Source: Prorocentrum cordatum
Taxonomy: Eukaryota
Assembly (NCBI GenBank): GCA_963575745.1
Contig: CAUYUJ010000134.1
Span: forward strand, 62,001-117,780
DNA: 55,780 nucleotides
Direction: 5' to 3'
Numbering within the stretch: the first letter of the stretch is position 1; each line of letters begins with the position of its first letter. Below the pieces are notes generated by a model that was not told where the DNA came from, ran no database searches, and saw nothing but the letters and a program-made list of their open reading frames with translations. The translations under genes were made by a program, and so were the position numbers. Below are positions 24,147-35,722 of the stretch, one piece after another.

Positions 24147-27100
24147 ATGGCAGGCGCAGGTGACTCGTGGCTTGCGGCTTTGAGCGACGTTGGCAGCGAC
24201 ACGGCCGTCGACGACGATGTGGGCGAGAGCTGGCTTTCAGCGCTGGGCGCCGTGAGCGATAAGGCTGACGCTGGGCAGGAGCTGCCGCAGCCAGATGGAG
24301 ACGACTGGTTGGCAGGTGTGGACGCCCTCTCGTGCGACGACTGCTCTGCCGACGGCGACGTGGACGGCGAGCTCGACCATGAGATGGCGTTGGTCCCCGT
24401 AGAGGTGAAGAAGGATGTCTACTGGGCATCGCACGCTTGCAGGCACGTGCCCGACAGCGACCTCGACGAATCAGCTTTCAAGATAGCCACAGAGGTGATG
24501 GACGACGACCCGCTCACAGGGCGGATCACCAGCAACGCGCGTAACCTCGACGAGAGCCGCTCGAAGTATAGGGACACGCTGAAGATCATGGCAGGGTGTG
24601 CGTTGCAGGTCTTAAAGGCGTTTGAAATGCAAACCGTCGCTGCGATTTCGATTTGTTTTTTTGGTGGGCCATCTCGGCCCCAGGCCGGGGAAAAAACACT
24701 GGAAACCAGATCGCGATGCAGCGGCGGTTTGTTTTCAGACGCCGCCGCAGGTCGAGCGCAACGTATGGAAACACGCTGAGGAGCTATTGGTTAGCTACGC
24801 TGGCTCTTCCAAGAGAGTGGAGCTTCTGTGCTACGTGGAGTACGCCAGCTATGACAGCACCGATTTTATCTTGCAGAGTACGCAAACGGTGACCGAGACG
24901 CTCGACGACGGACACTCCATCGTGGACCACGGGGCCCCTCCAGGACAAGAGCCAGATGAAGCTAACACCGTCGTTCTTGTGGAGAAAACAGTGGGCACGA
25001 AAAAGGTACTACAGATGGACACGAACGTTTTGCTTTTGCTGAAGATTGATGGTCGGTATGCGATTCTCCGTGGGAATATGCTATCGTGGCTCCAGGTGTG
25101 CGATAGGAACTCTGCTAAAAACTACAAGGCTGCTATTTCAGAATATTCGATTGGGACATCAAATGCAGCTTCGTTCCTCAGGAGGCTTCGCATTGTTTGC
25201 ACTGAGAGGTACACGGCAAATCTGAAGGCTGAGCGCCATCTATTGTCTGAGCGCGAAGGATGGGCAGTGCTACACCTTCTTTGTCGGGTACACACAGTGT
25301 CTGGATTCCACACTAAAGTTTACGACATGCACGCGGAAGATATATCGGGGCTTATTGCGACGACGCTTTCACTGAGGCTGGCTGGCCAGATGAGCTTGCT
25401 ACGAAAGGCTGCCAGGCGGATCATTAGACAGAAGTTGGTGATTGTGACAGGCGTAGCTCTGGATGCCAAGGCAGTTGCGTTCAGGAACCTGGTGATGGAT
25501 ACATTCTTGGACGCTTCTCCTCAGTGCGTGGCGCTTCGAATGCTGCTCGAACGGTGTGCGCCAGGGGATTGGAGAGATAAGGACCGTATGATGTTCGTTG
25601 CACGGCCAGGGGAGACTCGAGCTGACGTCCTTCGTCTGCTGTTCAAGGAGTTCGTGCCAGCAATCTTCCCCCACGCCCCGTACTTGTTCCCTCGCCACAG
25701 GTGGACTGGGGCAGACATCACGTTTCGCGACGTCGGCCTGCCGATGAACATCCACGGCCTCTTCGGGGCGACATACATGAGCTACCTGAACGTCGAGTAC
25801 GGCGACGAGGATCCTGGCGACTACCCAGTCGCGCAACCCGACCTGCAGCTGGTGCCGCATGAAGGGCAGCAGGCCCCGCCCGAGGATATCGAGGGCGAAG
25901 GTCCAGCTGCCGATGCGCAGCCGCCCGAGAAGGATAAGGAGGCGCCCGAACCTGGCGCGCAGAAGGCCGATCACCCACGAAAGGCCTTCGCCGAGCAGAG
26001 CAAGGCATACCGCGGCCAAGCGCGCGACTGGATTTCCACTGAGCCGTCCATCCAGGTCCTGTTCTTCAGGGCGGTTTTGGAGCCAATCAAGAAGTTCCTG
26101 GAGATGGAGTTGGAGATGGCAAGCGAGGAGTGGGAGATGAATCAGGACTGTGCCCTTCTCGCCTCAGACGGCGATGCGACGGTGTTGGGTGGGAGGCAAT
26201 GGCCTATGATGAGTGTTGCGATGCTGACGTTGGAGACCGAGTGCTTCAAGGACATTGAGAAGGTGGCGAAGTCTATGGAGCTGGACTGCCTGCCAGATGA
26301 TTGCATGACGCTCGAGAACCAGACGAAGCTGCGCAAGGACTTATCCAGAGAAGGCTGTTGCACTTATCAGTTCGGGGCCTCGATCGGAAAGCAATTCCCC
26401 TTCAGGTTGTGTTTGCTTCTTGATGATCGCGCTTTGGCTCCAGAACTCGAGGCTTCTTGCAGGCTTATTCGCGACAAGTTTAGCGATGACTTTATCGAGT
26501 ACTACAAAGATAAGCCTGGCGGGCTAACGAGCGACCAGGCTTTGCACGAGTTGAGCCTCATCGTGATGGCCAGCAAGACGGCGACGGTGAAATTGGAGAC
26601 TCAGAACGCGCAGATCAGAAGGCAGGTGGAGGCTACCTCGCTGCAGTCCGCCAGGCCCGAGCTGCCCACCATCAGCGGCAGGTTTGTTCTGAGGAAGGCT
26701 TCTACGAGAGAGGCTCGGATCCTGAAGCCAGCGGGGGTCTTCGAGCCCAAGGAGCGGAAGCGCGGAGATCAAAAACCAGACGAACAAGGCCGGCCTACAA
26801 AGAGGGGTGGCGGAGGAGCTTGGAGAGCATTCATCGCTGCTCGCGCCAGAGTTGTAGGGAGGGTTGTGCTGCAAGCGGCAGCGGCCGCATACCGAGCGCT
26901 ATCCCGAGAAGAGTTTGAAGTTTACCAAAGAGCAGGCTCAATCGGGACATCTTTGCATCGAGAGGGCAAGAAGTCTTTCGGCACCGTCTCGAGGGAGCTC
27001 AACAAGTTGCTGGGCGAGCAGCAGGCGAAGGAGAGGGCGGAGTCCATCTTGAACGCGAGTCGCATGCCAGGGCGCCCTGCGAGCATCGACATGGTCGCTA

Positions 27101-28883
27101 TCCCAGTCGGCGACGTCGCGACGAACATCGGCACGCTCAGAGCAGATCACTACCTCTGCAGGCGCCTCAAGAAGCGCGCAGTCCACGACAGGGCCATGAG
27201 CTTATCCAAATGGAGGGCTACCAAGGGCATGCAGCACGTGAACGATTTCATTGCCGCGCTCCCTCTAATGGCTCCATTGGTAAACGGCCTCGTTGCTCGC
27301 CCCCACTTTGGTGGCGCATACGTCCTGGAGTATTTCTGCCCGTCAGGAAGATTATCCCCAGGATGGTGGGCTTGCTGGCCAAGTCCGAGAACGCCAAGAT
27401 CAGGGAGGTGGTCACCAGCTATTACGACAAGCTGCACGATGAGAAGAGAGATGCTTCCCAGCAGGACTTCGACGAGACGCCTAAGAAAGCTCATCAGAAA
27501 CCAAGTTGCATCGACGCAGGCGTGTGCTTGTGTGGCCCGAAGGGGGACCTCGTCTGGAAGTTCAAAAAATGGGTTGATAGTGGCATCAAGTTATACTGCA
27601 AATCTACGTCTATGAGGGATGCATTGTCGTCTGGCGATATCGTCGTTAAGATCCATCACGTGCCAGAGGATTCGAGTGGGGATGCCGCCAGCGCTGGAGA
27701 CGTTGCAGGTGATGAGGCTGGCCCGATGGGCGAATTTGTGACTTACCTTCATATCGGCCTGATGTATTTCTCGCCGCACAGGCCAACTTATCGCCAGTGC
27801 GTACCAGCGGATGTCGGTGTGCTCGGTGACGGCGCTATCGTGCTGGATTGCCTGGACGACTACCTGACGAACTTCGAGGTCGCCGACAACTTGTATGCGT
27901 ACTTTTCGAAGCCAAGCACTTGGAGTTTGTCTGTTATGCGGGTGCAATCCTCGTCCAGGCCCGTATCGCCCATACGGCCGTCACAGCTGGTGGTTGGCAA
28001 TATCGAAGATGACCGAGACTTTACGCGACGTTGGCCAGCGCCCAGGCGCAAAAAACGGAAGCGACCTGATGACAATGGGTGGTTGGACGACCTTGACGAG
28101 TTGGGCGAGGATGGCGCCGACGGCGAGGACGAGGGCGAGGACGGCGACGGCGACGGTGACCCCGAGATGGTCGAGCCCGAGCCCGAGAATGACATTCATG
28201 GCGAGGGAGGGTCTATCAAGTCTCTTTCCTACGACGGCTGGGAGAGCCCATCATCGGTTGCAAACACTGACGAGTTGTTCGGGAGTGACCACGGTGGTGA
28301 GGCCATTCTGTCAGATGAGGTCGACGACGTATCAGTTGACAGCGGACACGGTGACGACCCTGGTGGTGATGATCCTGGTGGTGATGATCCTGGTGGCGCC
28401 CCTGATCCAGGCGGCGGTGGTGATGGTCCTGGTGGCGACGCTGATCCAGGCGGATGCGGCGGAGGCCCTCCTCCACCCCCACCTCCGCCGCCAGGCGGCG
28501 GTGGTGGTCCTCGCGACCCAGCAGACATCACATTCGTCACGCCCTACGGCATCATCCGATACTACGCGAAGAAGCTAGAGTTAGTTGCACATTGCCCCAG
28601 GCACGGGGGCAAATGCAGATTGACCAGGACCGTGCGAGGATCAACTGCCCATTGGAGGGCTGGTCAGGGCAGGCCGCTCGGCGCCCTCATGCTGTGGCTG
28701 AAGAGGGGCACGGGCGACGACTTCGCCACCCTCCACGACCATGTCCATTGCTGCGCTCTGCCCTTTGGCGACAGGCAGGCCGCCAGGGAGGAGCTCAGGG
28801 CCGTGCCAGGCAGCGGCGCGCTCTTCGCCGTTGAGCGCGACCGCAGGCCAGACGAGCCCGACGAGCCCGAGTCTGTTCCCTGA
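24147..28883 (+). CDS. Putative hAT-like DDE transposase (~1530 aa after one probable intron and one 1-bp frameshift), with an HMG-box-like segment and C-terminal Cys/His clusters
   Basis: Joins ORFs 24087-24779, 24622-27615 and 27210-28883. Motifs in hAT order: YASYD (24853), CTE (25204, usually D), CRVH (25282), RW (PRHRWTG), long helical insert, LETQNAQIRR (26596). Lies inside a TIR/TSD-bounded element. Confidence 0.7.
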
Positions 28884-28924
28884 GAACTGCTCTGCTTGCG
28901 CAGCGTCTGGCTGCGCAGCTGGAA

Positions 28925-28932
28925 GAAAAAAA

Positions 28933-29013
<81 letters not shown>
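28925..29013 (+). repeat. Poly(A) tract ~40 nt after the transposase stop codon
   Basis: ~88 A with one interruption. Confidence 0.9.
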
Positions 29014-29014
<1 letters not shown>

Positions 29015-29334
29015 CGCATCTAACCATCCTCCTCATCATCATCAACATGTCCACTACCATCCAAGAGGAGGGATGAGGATGGGGACGACGAGGTGCACGA
29101 GGAGCAGGAGCAGGGACAGGAGCAGGAGCAGGGGGTGAGGAGGTGCACGATGAGGAGGGGGGCCAGGAGGAGATCGGAGGAGGGGGAGGGGGACGAGGAG
29201 GGGGGATGAGGAGGAGGAGGAGGACCAGGATAGGGGGAATGAGGATCAGGCAAATGGGGCATGAGCAGGAGGGGGGAGGCGGAGGAGGGGGAGGATGACG
29301 AGGACGAGGGAATGGAGGAGGAGGAGGCGGCACA

Positions 29335-29990
29335 AATAATGCCAAATATAAGCATTCTTAAGCTCCAAGAGAGATTCCAACAATGCCCCAAGATGGCTCC
29401 AAGAGAGGCCCTAGATAGGCTCCAATGGGGGCTCCAAGAGGTCTCCACGAGAAACTCCACTAAGGCCCCAGGAGGGCCCCATCATGCCAAATACAAGCAC
29501 ACCAGGGGCCCCAATTTGGAACCAAGGGGGGTCCCAATGATGCCCCAATATGGCTCAAACATACGCCCAGGAGGTGCCCCAACAGAGGCTCCAATATGGC
29601 TCCAATAGGGGCTCCAATAAGGCACCAACGGGGGTCACTAGGGCACAACATCGGCTCCAATAGAGGCTCCAATAATGCCCCAAGATGGCTCCAGGTGAGG
29701 CCCAGGAGAGGCCCCACTAGAGGCTCAAAGATGGCCCAAGAGAGGGCCCAATAAGGCCCCATGAGGCTCCAATCAGGCCCAGTATAGGCACAATAGAGGC
29801 TCCAATCTGGCATGGCTCCAACAGAGGCCCAAATAAGGTCCCAAGATGGCCCCAAGAGACTCCCAGGAGAGGCCCAATTGAGGCTCCAAGATGGCTCCAG
29901 GAGAGATTCCAGTAAGGCCAAATTGGGGAGGGCACTAAGGCCCAATATCGGTCCCAAGAGAGGCTCCATATGCCCTGGAGGGATGTCCCT
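29335..29990. repeat. Degenerate GGCTCCAA/GGCCCCAA minisatellite
   Basis: Read directly from the sequence. Confidence 0.8.
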
Positions 29991-30844
29991 GCAAGGGGAC
30001 GGTGGAGTTTCTGAGCCCCCAAACCCGCGTCCGTGCAGGAGCAGAACCGAAAAACTGTTGTCATGCTTTTCCTCTCTGCGAAGTACACAGGCACATCAGG
30101 GAAATGTTGATTTGTGTTTTTCCCTCGTGCAAACGGACCACAGCGTGCAGGTAAAAAAAACAAAGGGAACGGGGAAAAAAAACACCTTCAGCCGGAAATC
30201 CTGAAATGAAAATTCCCCTCGCTGGAACCCACGAACGCACGAGGGGCAAACATGCAATAGAAAATTTCCCTCTCTGTAACTGACGAAAGTACACGGGGGG
30301 ATCTGATTTCCTCACCAGTAACTGATGTTGGTACTTAAATAGAGAAAATTTCCCTGGGGGACCTCTTGACGGCCGCTGGGCTCTTCGGGGACTCGGGCCC
30401 CTTGGGGCCTGCGCTGGCCTCTTGGGACCTCTTGGGGGCATCTTGGGCCTCCCCGCTGACCTCTTGGGCCCCCCCGCTGGCCTCTTGGAACCTTTTGGCT
30501 TTTTGGGGCCTCTTGGGAAAAATGCAATCTTGGGGCCGGTTTATTTCTTGGGGTGAGTTTCGGGCGATGTAGGGCTGGGCTGGTAGATCGTATGCGTTTT
30601 CAAAGGAGGGGGCCCTACTGGGGCCCTTGGCGATTCCCCATGGACGTTCCTGGAGCGTTTCGGGGCTTTCGGGGAAGTCCCGTGTGCCAGAAAATGCCCG
30701 GGACAGCCGGCTATTTTGAAAGATTTTTGGGGTTTGCGTATTCGATCATGTTAAGGTCCTTGTAAGGGGTTTTACGAGGGCCCTCTCAAACGTCACCTCG
30801 TTGGAGCATACATAACGCTTGAAAATTATGGGGCGATCTTCGGA

Positions 30845-31660
30845 TTTGGGGTTAGGGGTTATCTTAGGATTCGGAGTTAGAGGTTTTCTTAGGATCAGGG
30901 TTAGGGGTAGGGTTAGGAACCCTTAGGGTTAGGGCTAGGGGCCCTTAGTGTTAGTGGTTATCTTAGGATTAGGGGTTATCTTAGGACCAGAGGTTATGGT
31001 TATCTTAGGATTAGAGTTAGGGGTCGGATTATGGTTAGGATTATGGTTAGGGGTTAGGATTAGGGTTAGGGCTTATCTTAGGGTTCGGTATAGGGTTATA
31101 TTAGGATGATGTCACGACTCCTTCTTCACCAGGGGGGCGTAACAAAAAGGGGTGGGGGGGGTCCTTAGTGTTAGGGGTTATCTTAGGATTACGGTTAGGG
31201 GTAGGGTTAAAGGCCCTTAGGGTAAAAAGGTAGGGGTTGGGGTAGGGTTAGAGGTAGGGTTAGGATTAGGATGAGTGTTAGGGTTAGGGTTAGGGGTAGG
31301 AGTAGGGGTCGGGTTGGGGATCGGGTTAGGGGCCCTTCGGGTTAGGGGCCCTTAGGGTTAGAGTTAAGTTTGTACCAGGGGCGGGGGTGGTATATCTTGG
31401 AGCCCTTAAGGTTCGAGTTTATACTAGGGGTTGGGTTAGAATGCTCTAGGTTGGATGTTATCATAGGGTTAGGGGTTGGGAATTGTTTAAGGGCTAGGAG
31501 TATATTAACGTTGAGGTTCAGGGTTCTATCAGGGGCAGACTTATGGGGTTATCTTGAGGATAGGATTCGGGTTAGGGTTATGGTTAGGGGTGTATTGAGG
31601 TTAGGGTTAGGATTAGGGTTGGGGGTCGCATATCTTGGGGCCTTCAGGATTAGGTTTATC
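30845..31660 (+). repeat. Degenerate TTAGGG/TTAGGA telomere-like tract
   Basis: Many GGGTTAGGG and GGATTAGGG units. Confidence 0.8.
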
Positions 31661-32060
31661 TATGAGTTACAAGGGGACATTATCTACAACAAAAAATATA
31701 TCCTGAGGGCCGCCTGGGCTTTAGATCGTTCCGGAATAATGACAATATTATGGGCAAGGGGCCCCTGATAAGTTCGAGCAGGGGTTGACGCGTGCATCGG
31801 CAATTTCGTTGGCTTTATAGGACCCATGAGAGGGGCAGCCCAACATGTGTGATAATGTTTTCTGGTTGCTCGGGTGCCCAGACGGAGCGGCTTCCGTGAT
31901 TCAGCGAGGTAGCTGAGAGGTAGCTCGGACATCGGTGCTTCTTCGCCGTTGCATAGCATGTTATATCTAGGATCTAGGGCGAGCTAACGAGGTAGCTATG
32001 AGAAGCGGTGCTTTGATCTGCGGCCCCCCTCGTCGTCGTCCCTCCCCCCCGATATCCATG

Positions 32061-32085
32061 TACGTAACCATTTTTGCGGATCAAG
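32061..32085 (+). other. Degenerate spliced-leader-like motif upstream of ORF2
   Basis: TACGTAACCATTTTTGCGGATCAAG aligns to DinoSL with indels and ends 73 nt before the ATG at 32158. Confidence 0.55.
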
Positions 32086-32157
32086 TTTATAGTTTCAGGT
32101 GAACTCGCCACACTGTGACATGCTAGTGTACTGAGCGAGTGCACAGAGCAGCCCCTG

Positions 32158-35100
32158 ATGGCTGCGACTGCAGCGGGCAGCGTTGCGAGGGCACCGCGTC
32201 GCGGCGCCAAGTGTGCGCGCTCGTTCTGCGAGCTGCAGGTGGCGCTGGCCACGTGCGAGAAGTTCGGAGACCTCTTCTTGTGCAGGGAGTGCGGCGAGTT
32301 CGGCGACCAGTCTGGATTCGAGTTGAAAGCGTTGGCATCGATGAAGCCCAAGTCGCCAGCAAAGTGGAAGGAAAGGAAGGCGCAGAAGGAGGAGCGGGCC
32401 AAGGGCAAGGCTGTCGCTGAGGACGACAGGGAGTTCCCCCAGGAGGAGGTCTACGAGGAGACGATTCAGGATAGCTCCTTGTCAGAGGAGTTCACCTTCC
32501 AGTCGCGCGACGGCTTTAAGGAGGAGCACGGCTGCCTGCCAGACCAGGCGAAGGTGATGACGCTGCGCGTGACGAACTCTAAAGGCGAGGAGTCTTTCGG
32601 CGTGGCGCTGGCCACGGAGACGGATGCACCTCCGAAGCTGACGGTGACCACGACGAGGAGGCTCGTCAGGAGGACGCCCATCCTCGTGAAGGGCCGCAGC
32701 TTCTACAAAGCTCAGGCGAGCAACCTCTTTGAGAACATGTCGGCTGATCGGTCGCGCGCGCACGGACAGAAGTTCGGGAACAAGTACCAGCCGAAGGCCA
32801 AGAAGTTCAGCGCCTACAAGAAGGATGCGATCAAGCAGCTCGTGAAGAAGAACGTCGAGAGGCCAAAGGGGTTGCGTCGCATGGTGCGCGATGGTGATGT
32901 TCCTGATGACTCTGGCTCGGACGCGGGGGGCGCGTCGTCCGAGGCTGAGGCCGAGGCCGAGCAGGAGGCAGCTGCAGGCGCAGCACAGCAGCAAGTTCCT
33001 CCAGCGACCGACGCTGGGCAGGCTTCGGCGTCGGCTGGGCCCCAGCACTCAGACGCGCCAGAGACGCCCAGGGCACCGAGGACCTCAGCAGCGGCGGACA
33101 GCTCCAGGACCAAGGAGAAGCGCACGTCCGAGAACGCGAGCCCGACCCTCGCGTTGGCCCCGAGCTCGAAGAAGGCAAAGCCAGGCACGAACGTCGCGCC
33201 GTCGATCGCCGATACGGCGGCCACGGGCGTGGACGGCGAGGGTGGCCGCCTTAAGCCGCCCGAGCACTGGCACGAGACCATCACCCCGTCGAGAGTGTTC
33301 GCGGGCGCCCCCCTGAAGAGGCACGTGGGCTGGGCAAGGGATTGCGTCAAGCGCATCGCTGGCCAGGGCGAGTCGGTGAAGGCCAACCACTTGACCGAAC
33401 ACATCGACGCAATCGATCTTTGCATGGAGCTGATGACTGAGCTAGCCAATGAGAAAGTGACCTTCGTTAGCCTTAGCACCATCTTGGGGAAACTTGTGAC
33501 GAAGAAGGTGGACTTCGATTCGAACATCAAGAGCAAGCTTTTGGGGAAGAGATTGTTCTCATCGATTCTGGCTTTCTCGAGTGGAGATACCGACGACGCC
33601 TGCATCAAGGAGATCGTGGATACCGTCATGCCTTTCACGGTTGAGAAGCTGGACGCGAGCCAGGAGGTGACCTGCGATGACGACGGCGACGAGAAGATGG
33701 CCCCAGACCCCGAGGAGTTCGACCCCATGAAGGTTAGCATGGCGACTATCGACGTCTCGAGTGACTCCAGGATGACGTTGCTCCTGAGCGTGCTCCTGAA
33801 GGAGATCGTCCCAGCGGTGATGCAGGTGGATCAGGCTGGCCAGGTAGCAGCGTCGCGCCTGTGCGCTGCCATGCTGAGTCGGTTTGAGGCAGGCGTCGCA
33901 GAGATGGAGGAGATCCCCTCCGCCGCGAGCGACACGTTGGCCGTGCTTCGCGTCATGTGCGCCCTCAGCGACAGCACTGCCGACATGGACTTCGATGCCT
34001 TGGACGAGTTCTTCCTCCAGCAGGCCAAGAAGACCAAGGGCGCCCTCGCGGACCTGGGAGTGATGATTCGCTTGAATGAGCACTGGAAGGAGATCTACGA
34101 GGAGCTGCAGACCACCATCCAGGATGCCAGGGAGTGGATGCCGAAGATCTTCAAGAGCGCTGCCCAGGTCAAGGCACTCAAGACCAGCGAGGCTCCCATC
34201 AGGCTTCCCAGCGCTATCATCGACGAAGCTTTCGACATCCTGAAGTCCTGCCGAACGATCCTGAGGGCCGGCTCCACCCACACTTTGGAGATCGAGATCG
34301 CTGGGGTCCACGGCGTGATCCAGTCGAAGATGTTCGACAAGAGCGGCGTGGTCAATGGCGGGGACGGCTACAGCAAGGCCGAGCTGCTCGCAGCGGATAA
34401 GATGTTCAAGGACAGCCTGGACCTCAAGTGCTGGGTCGAGGAGTTCGGCATCAGCGCGAGGGAGCACATCGGCGCCGTGATCGAGAAGGCAGGAGCGAAG
34501 GAGATCATGAACGGGCTGAAGGAGATGATGATGGGCGGCGCCAAGGACGAGGCGGGCAACATCGACATTGAGAAAGTTCGTGCCGTCAAAGTCGCGCTGC
34601 ACAACCTCACCGAGAGCTCACTCGATGTCGAGGGCAAGGAAGCGGTCACGTCCTTCTGCAGCCGCGTGTGGGACGCTATCAAGGACGCGGTGAACGCGAG
34701 CAATGGCGAGATTGCAGGTGTCATGAAAGACATCGCATTGGTGGCGGGCGACGGCATCACCGACATCTCCAAGGCGTTCCACGCTGCAGGCGAGACGAAG
34801 TTCAGCATTGCAGCGCACGTCTCGATGACCAGCGGCAGCGAGGACGGCTCTGGAGTGACGGACGAGGAGCCCATGAAAAGTACGAAGACCATCATCCTGA
34901 AAGAGATCGCGCTCGACCAGGTCACGCAGAGCATCCCCGAGCGCGAGCAGAAGGAGGTCCTGGTCGCTGCCCACACGAGCGCGAAGAACTACATCCAGAC
35001 CGTCGGAGACCAGGCGATGGGGATATCCAAGGCCGAGCTCGACAACAGGGTGAACCACGCTGCGAAGTGGGCCAAGGGCGGTGCTGACGGTGAATCGTGG

Positions 35101-35484
35101 TGGGGGTCAGCGAACGACGCGAACGACCTCAGCGAGCTGCTGCCCATGGCGAAGGAGACCGTGTGCAAGCACGCGTCGGAGAGCTTCAACGTCGAGAAGA
35201 CCAAGATCCAGGAGCTGCTCAAGTCGCACACGGAGGTGGCCAGCGTGTTCACTCGCGTGCCGAGCCCCGACTCCACCAAGACGGCGAACGACGTGATGAA
35301 GGCTCTGGCGCAGAGCCACATCGAGGGCATGGTGGCCGCGCTGTTCACCGCCAAGTACAGCAAAGAGGAGCTCAAGAAGAAGGTGTTCGCGCTCAAGAGG
35401 CTCGCGACGAAAGAGGGTGCGAAGTGGGACCAGATGCCGTCGGCGCTCGTGGAGCGCGCAGTGAAGGCCGCGAAGCTGCAGTAA
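32158..35484 (+). CDS. Intact intronless 1108-aa protein of unknown function (transposon ORF2/cargo)
   Basis: Uninterrupted 3.3-kb ORF with strong G/C third-position bias. N-terminal C-x4-C-x8-C-x8-C-x2-C, low-complexity linker and long helical-looking C-terminal part. No family recognised. Confidence 0.85.
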   Translation: MAATAAGSVARAPRRGAKCARSFCELQVALATCEKFGDLFLCRECGEFGDQSGFELKALASMKPKSPAKWKERKAQKEERAKGKAVAEDDREFPQEEVYEETIQDSSLSEEFTFQSRDGFKEEHGCLPDQAKVMTLRVTNSKGEESFGVALATETDAPPKLTVTTTRRLVRRTPILVKGRSFYKAQASNLFENMSADRSRAHGQKFGNKYQPKAKKFSAYKKDAIKQLVKKNVERPKGLRRMVRDGDVPDDSGSDAGGASSEAEAEAEQEAAAGAAQQQVPPATDAGQASASAGPQHSDAPETPRAPRTSAAADSSRTKEKRTSENASPTLALAPSSKKAKPGTNVAPSIADTAATGVDGEGGRLKPPEHWHETITPSRVFAGAPLKRHVGWARDCVKRIAGQGESVKANHLTEHIDAIDLCMELMTELANEKVTFVSLSTILGKLVTKKVDFDSNIKSKLLGKRLFSSILAFSSGDTDDACIKEIVDTVMPFTVEKLDASQEVTCDDDGDEKMAPDPEEFDPMKVSMATIDVSSDSRMTLLLSVLLKEIVPAVMQVDQAGQVAASRLCAAMLSRFEAGVAEMEEIPSAASDTLAVLRVMCALSDSTADMDFDALDEFFLQQAKKTKGALADLGVMIRLNEHWKEIYEELQTTIQDAREWMPKIFKSAAQVKALKTSEAPIRLPSAIIDEAFDILKSCRTILRAGSTHTLEIEIAGVHGVIQSKMFDKSGVVNGGDGYSKAELLAADKMFKDSLDLKCWVEEFGISAREHIGAVIEKAGAKEIMNGLKEMMMGGAKDEAGNIDIEKVRAVKVALHNLTESSLDVEGKEAVTSFCSRVWDAIKDAVNASNGEIAGVMKDIALVAGDGITDISKAFHAAGETKFSIAAHVSMTSGSEDGSGVTDEEPMKSTKTIILKEIALDQVTQSIPEREQKEVLVAAHTSAKNYIQTVGDQAMGISKAELDNRVNHAAKWAKGGADGESWWGSANDANDLSELLPMAKETVCKHASESFNVEKTKIQELLKSHTEVASVFTRVPSPDSTKTANDVMKALAQSHIEGMVAALFTAKYSKEELKKKVFALKRLATKEGAKWDQMPSALVERAVKAAKLQ

Positions 35485-35554
35485 TGTGGTCGACAGCTGG
35501 GATGCTGCGACGTGGGGTGGGTTAAAAAGAAATGGAAAAGAATACTCAGGTACT

Positions 35555-35582
35555 CGTCGTCGTCGTCGTCCTCCCCACCCTT

Positions 35583-35629
<47 letters not shown>

Positions 35630-35674
35630 TGCCGTCGCCGTCGCCGTCGCCGTCGCCGTTGCCGTCGCCGCCGC

Positions 35675-35722
<48 letters not shown>

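Noticed and set aside
30845..31660. True telomere or chromosome end
   Set aside because: Internal, highly degenerate, inside a TIR-bounded element, and the unit is not TTTAGGG.
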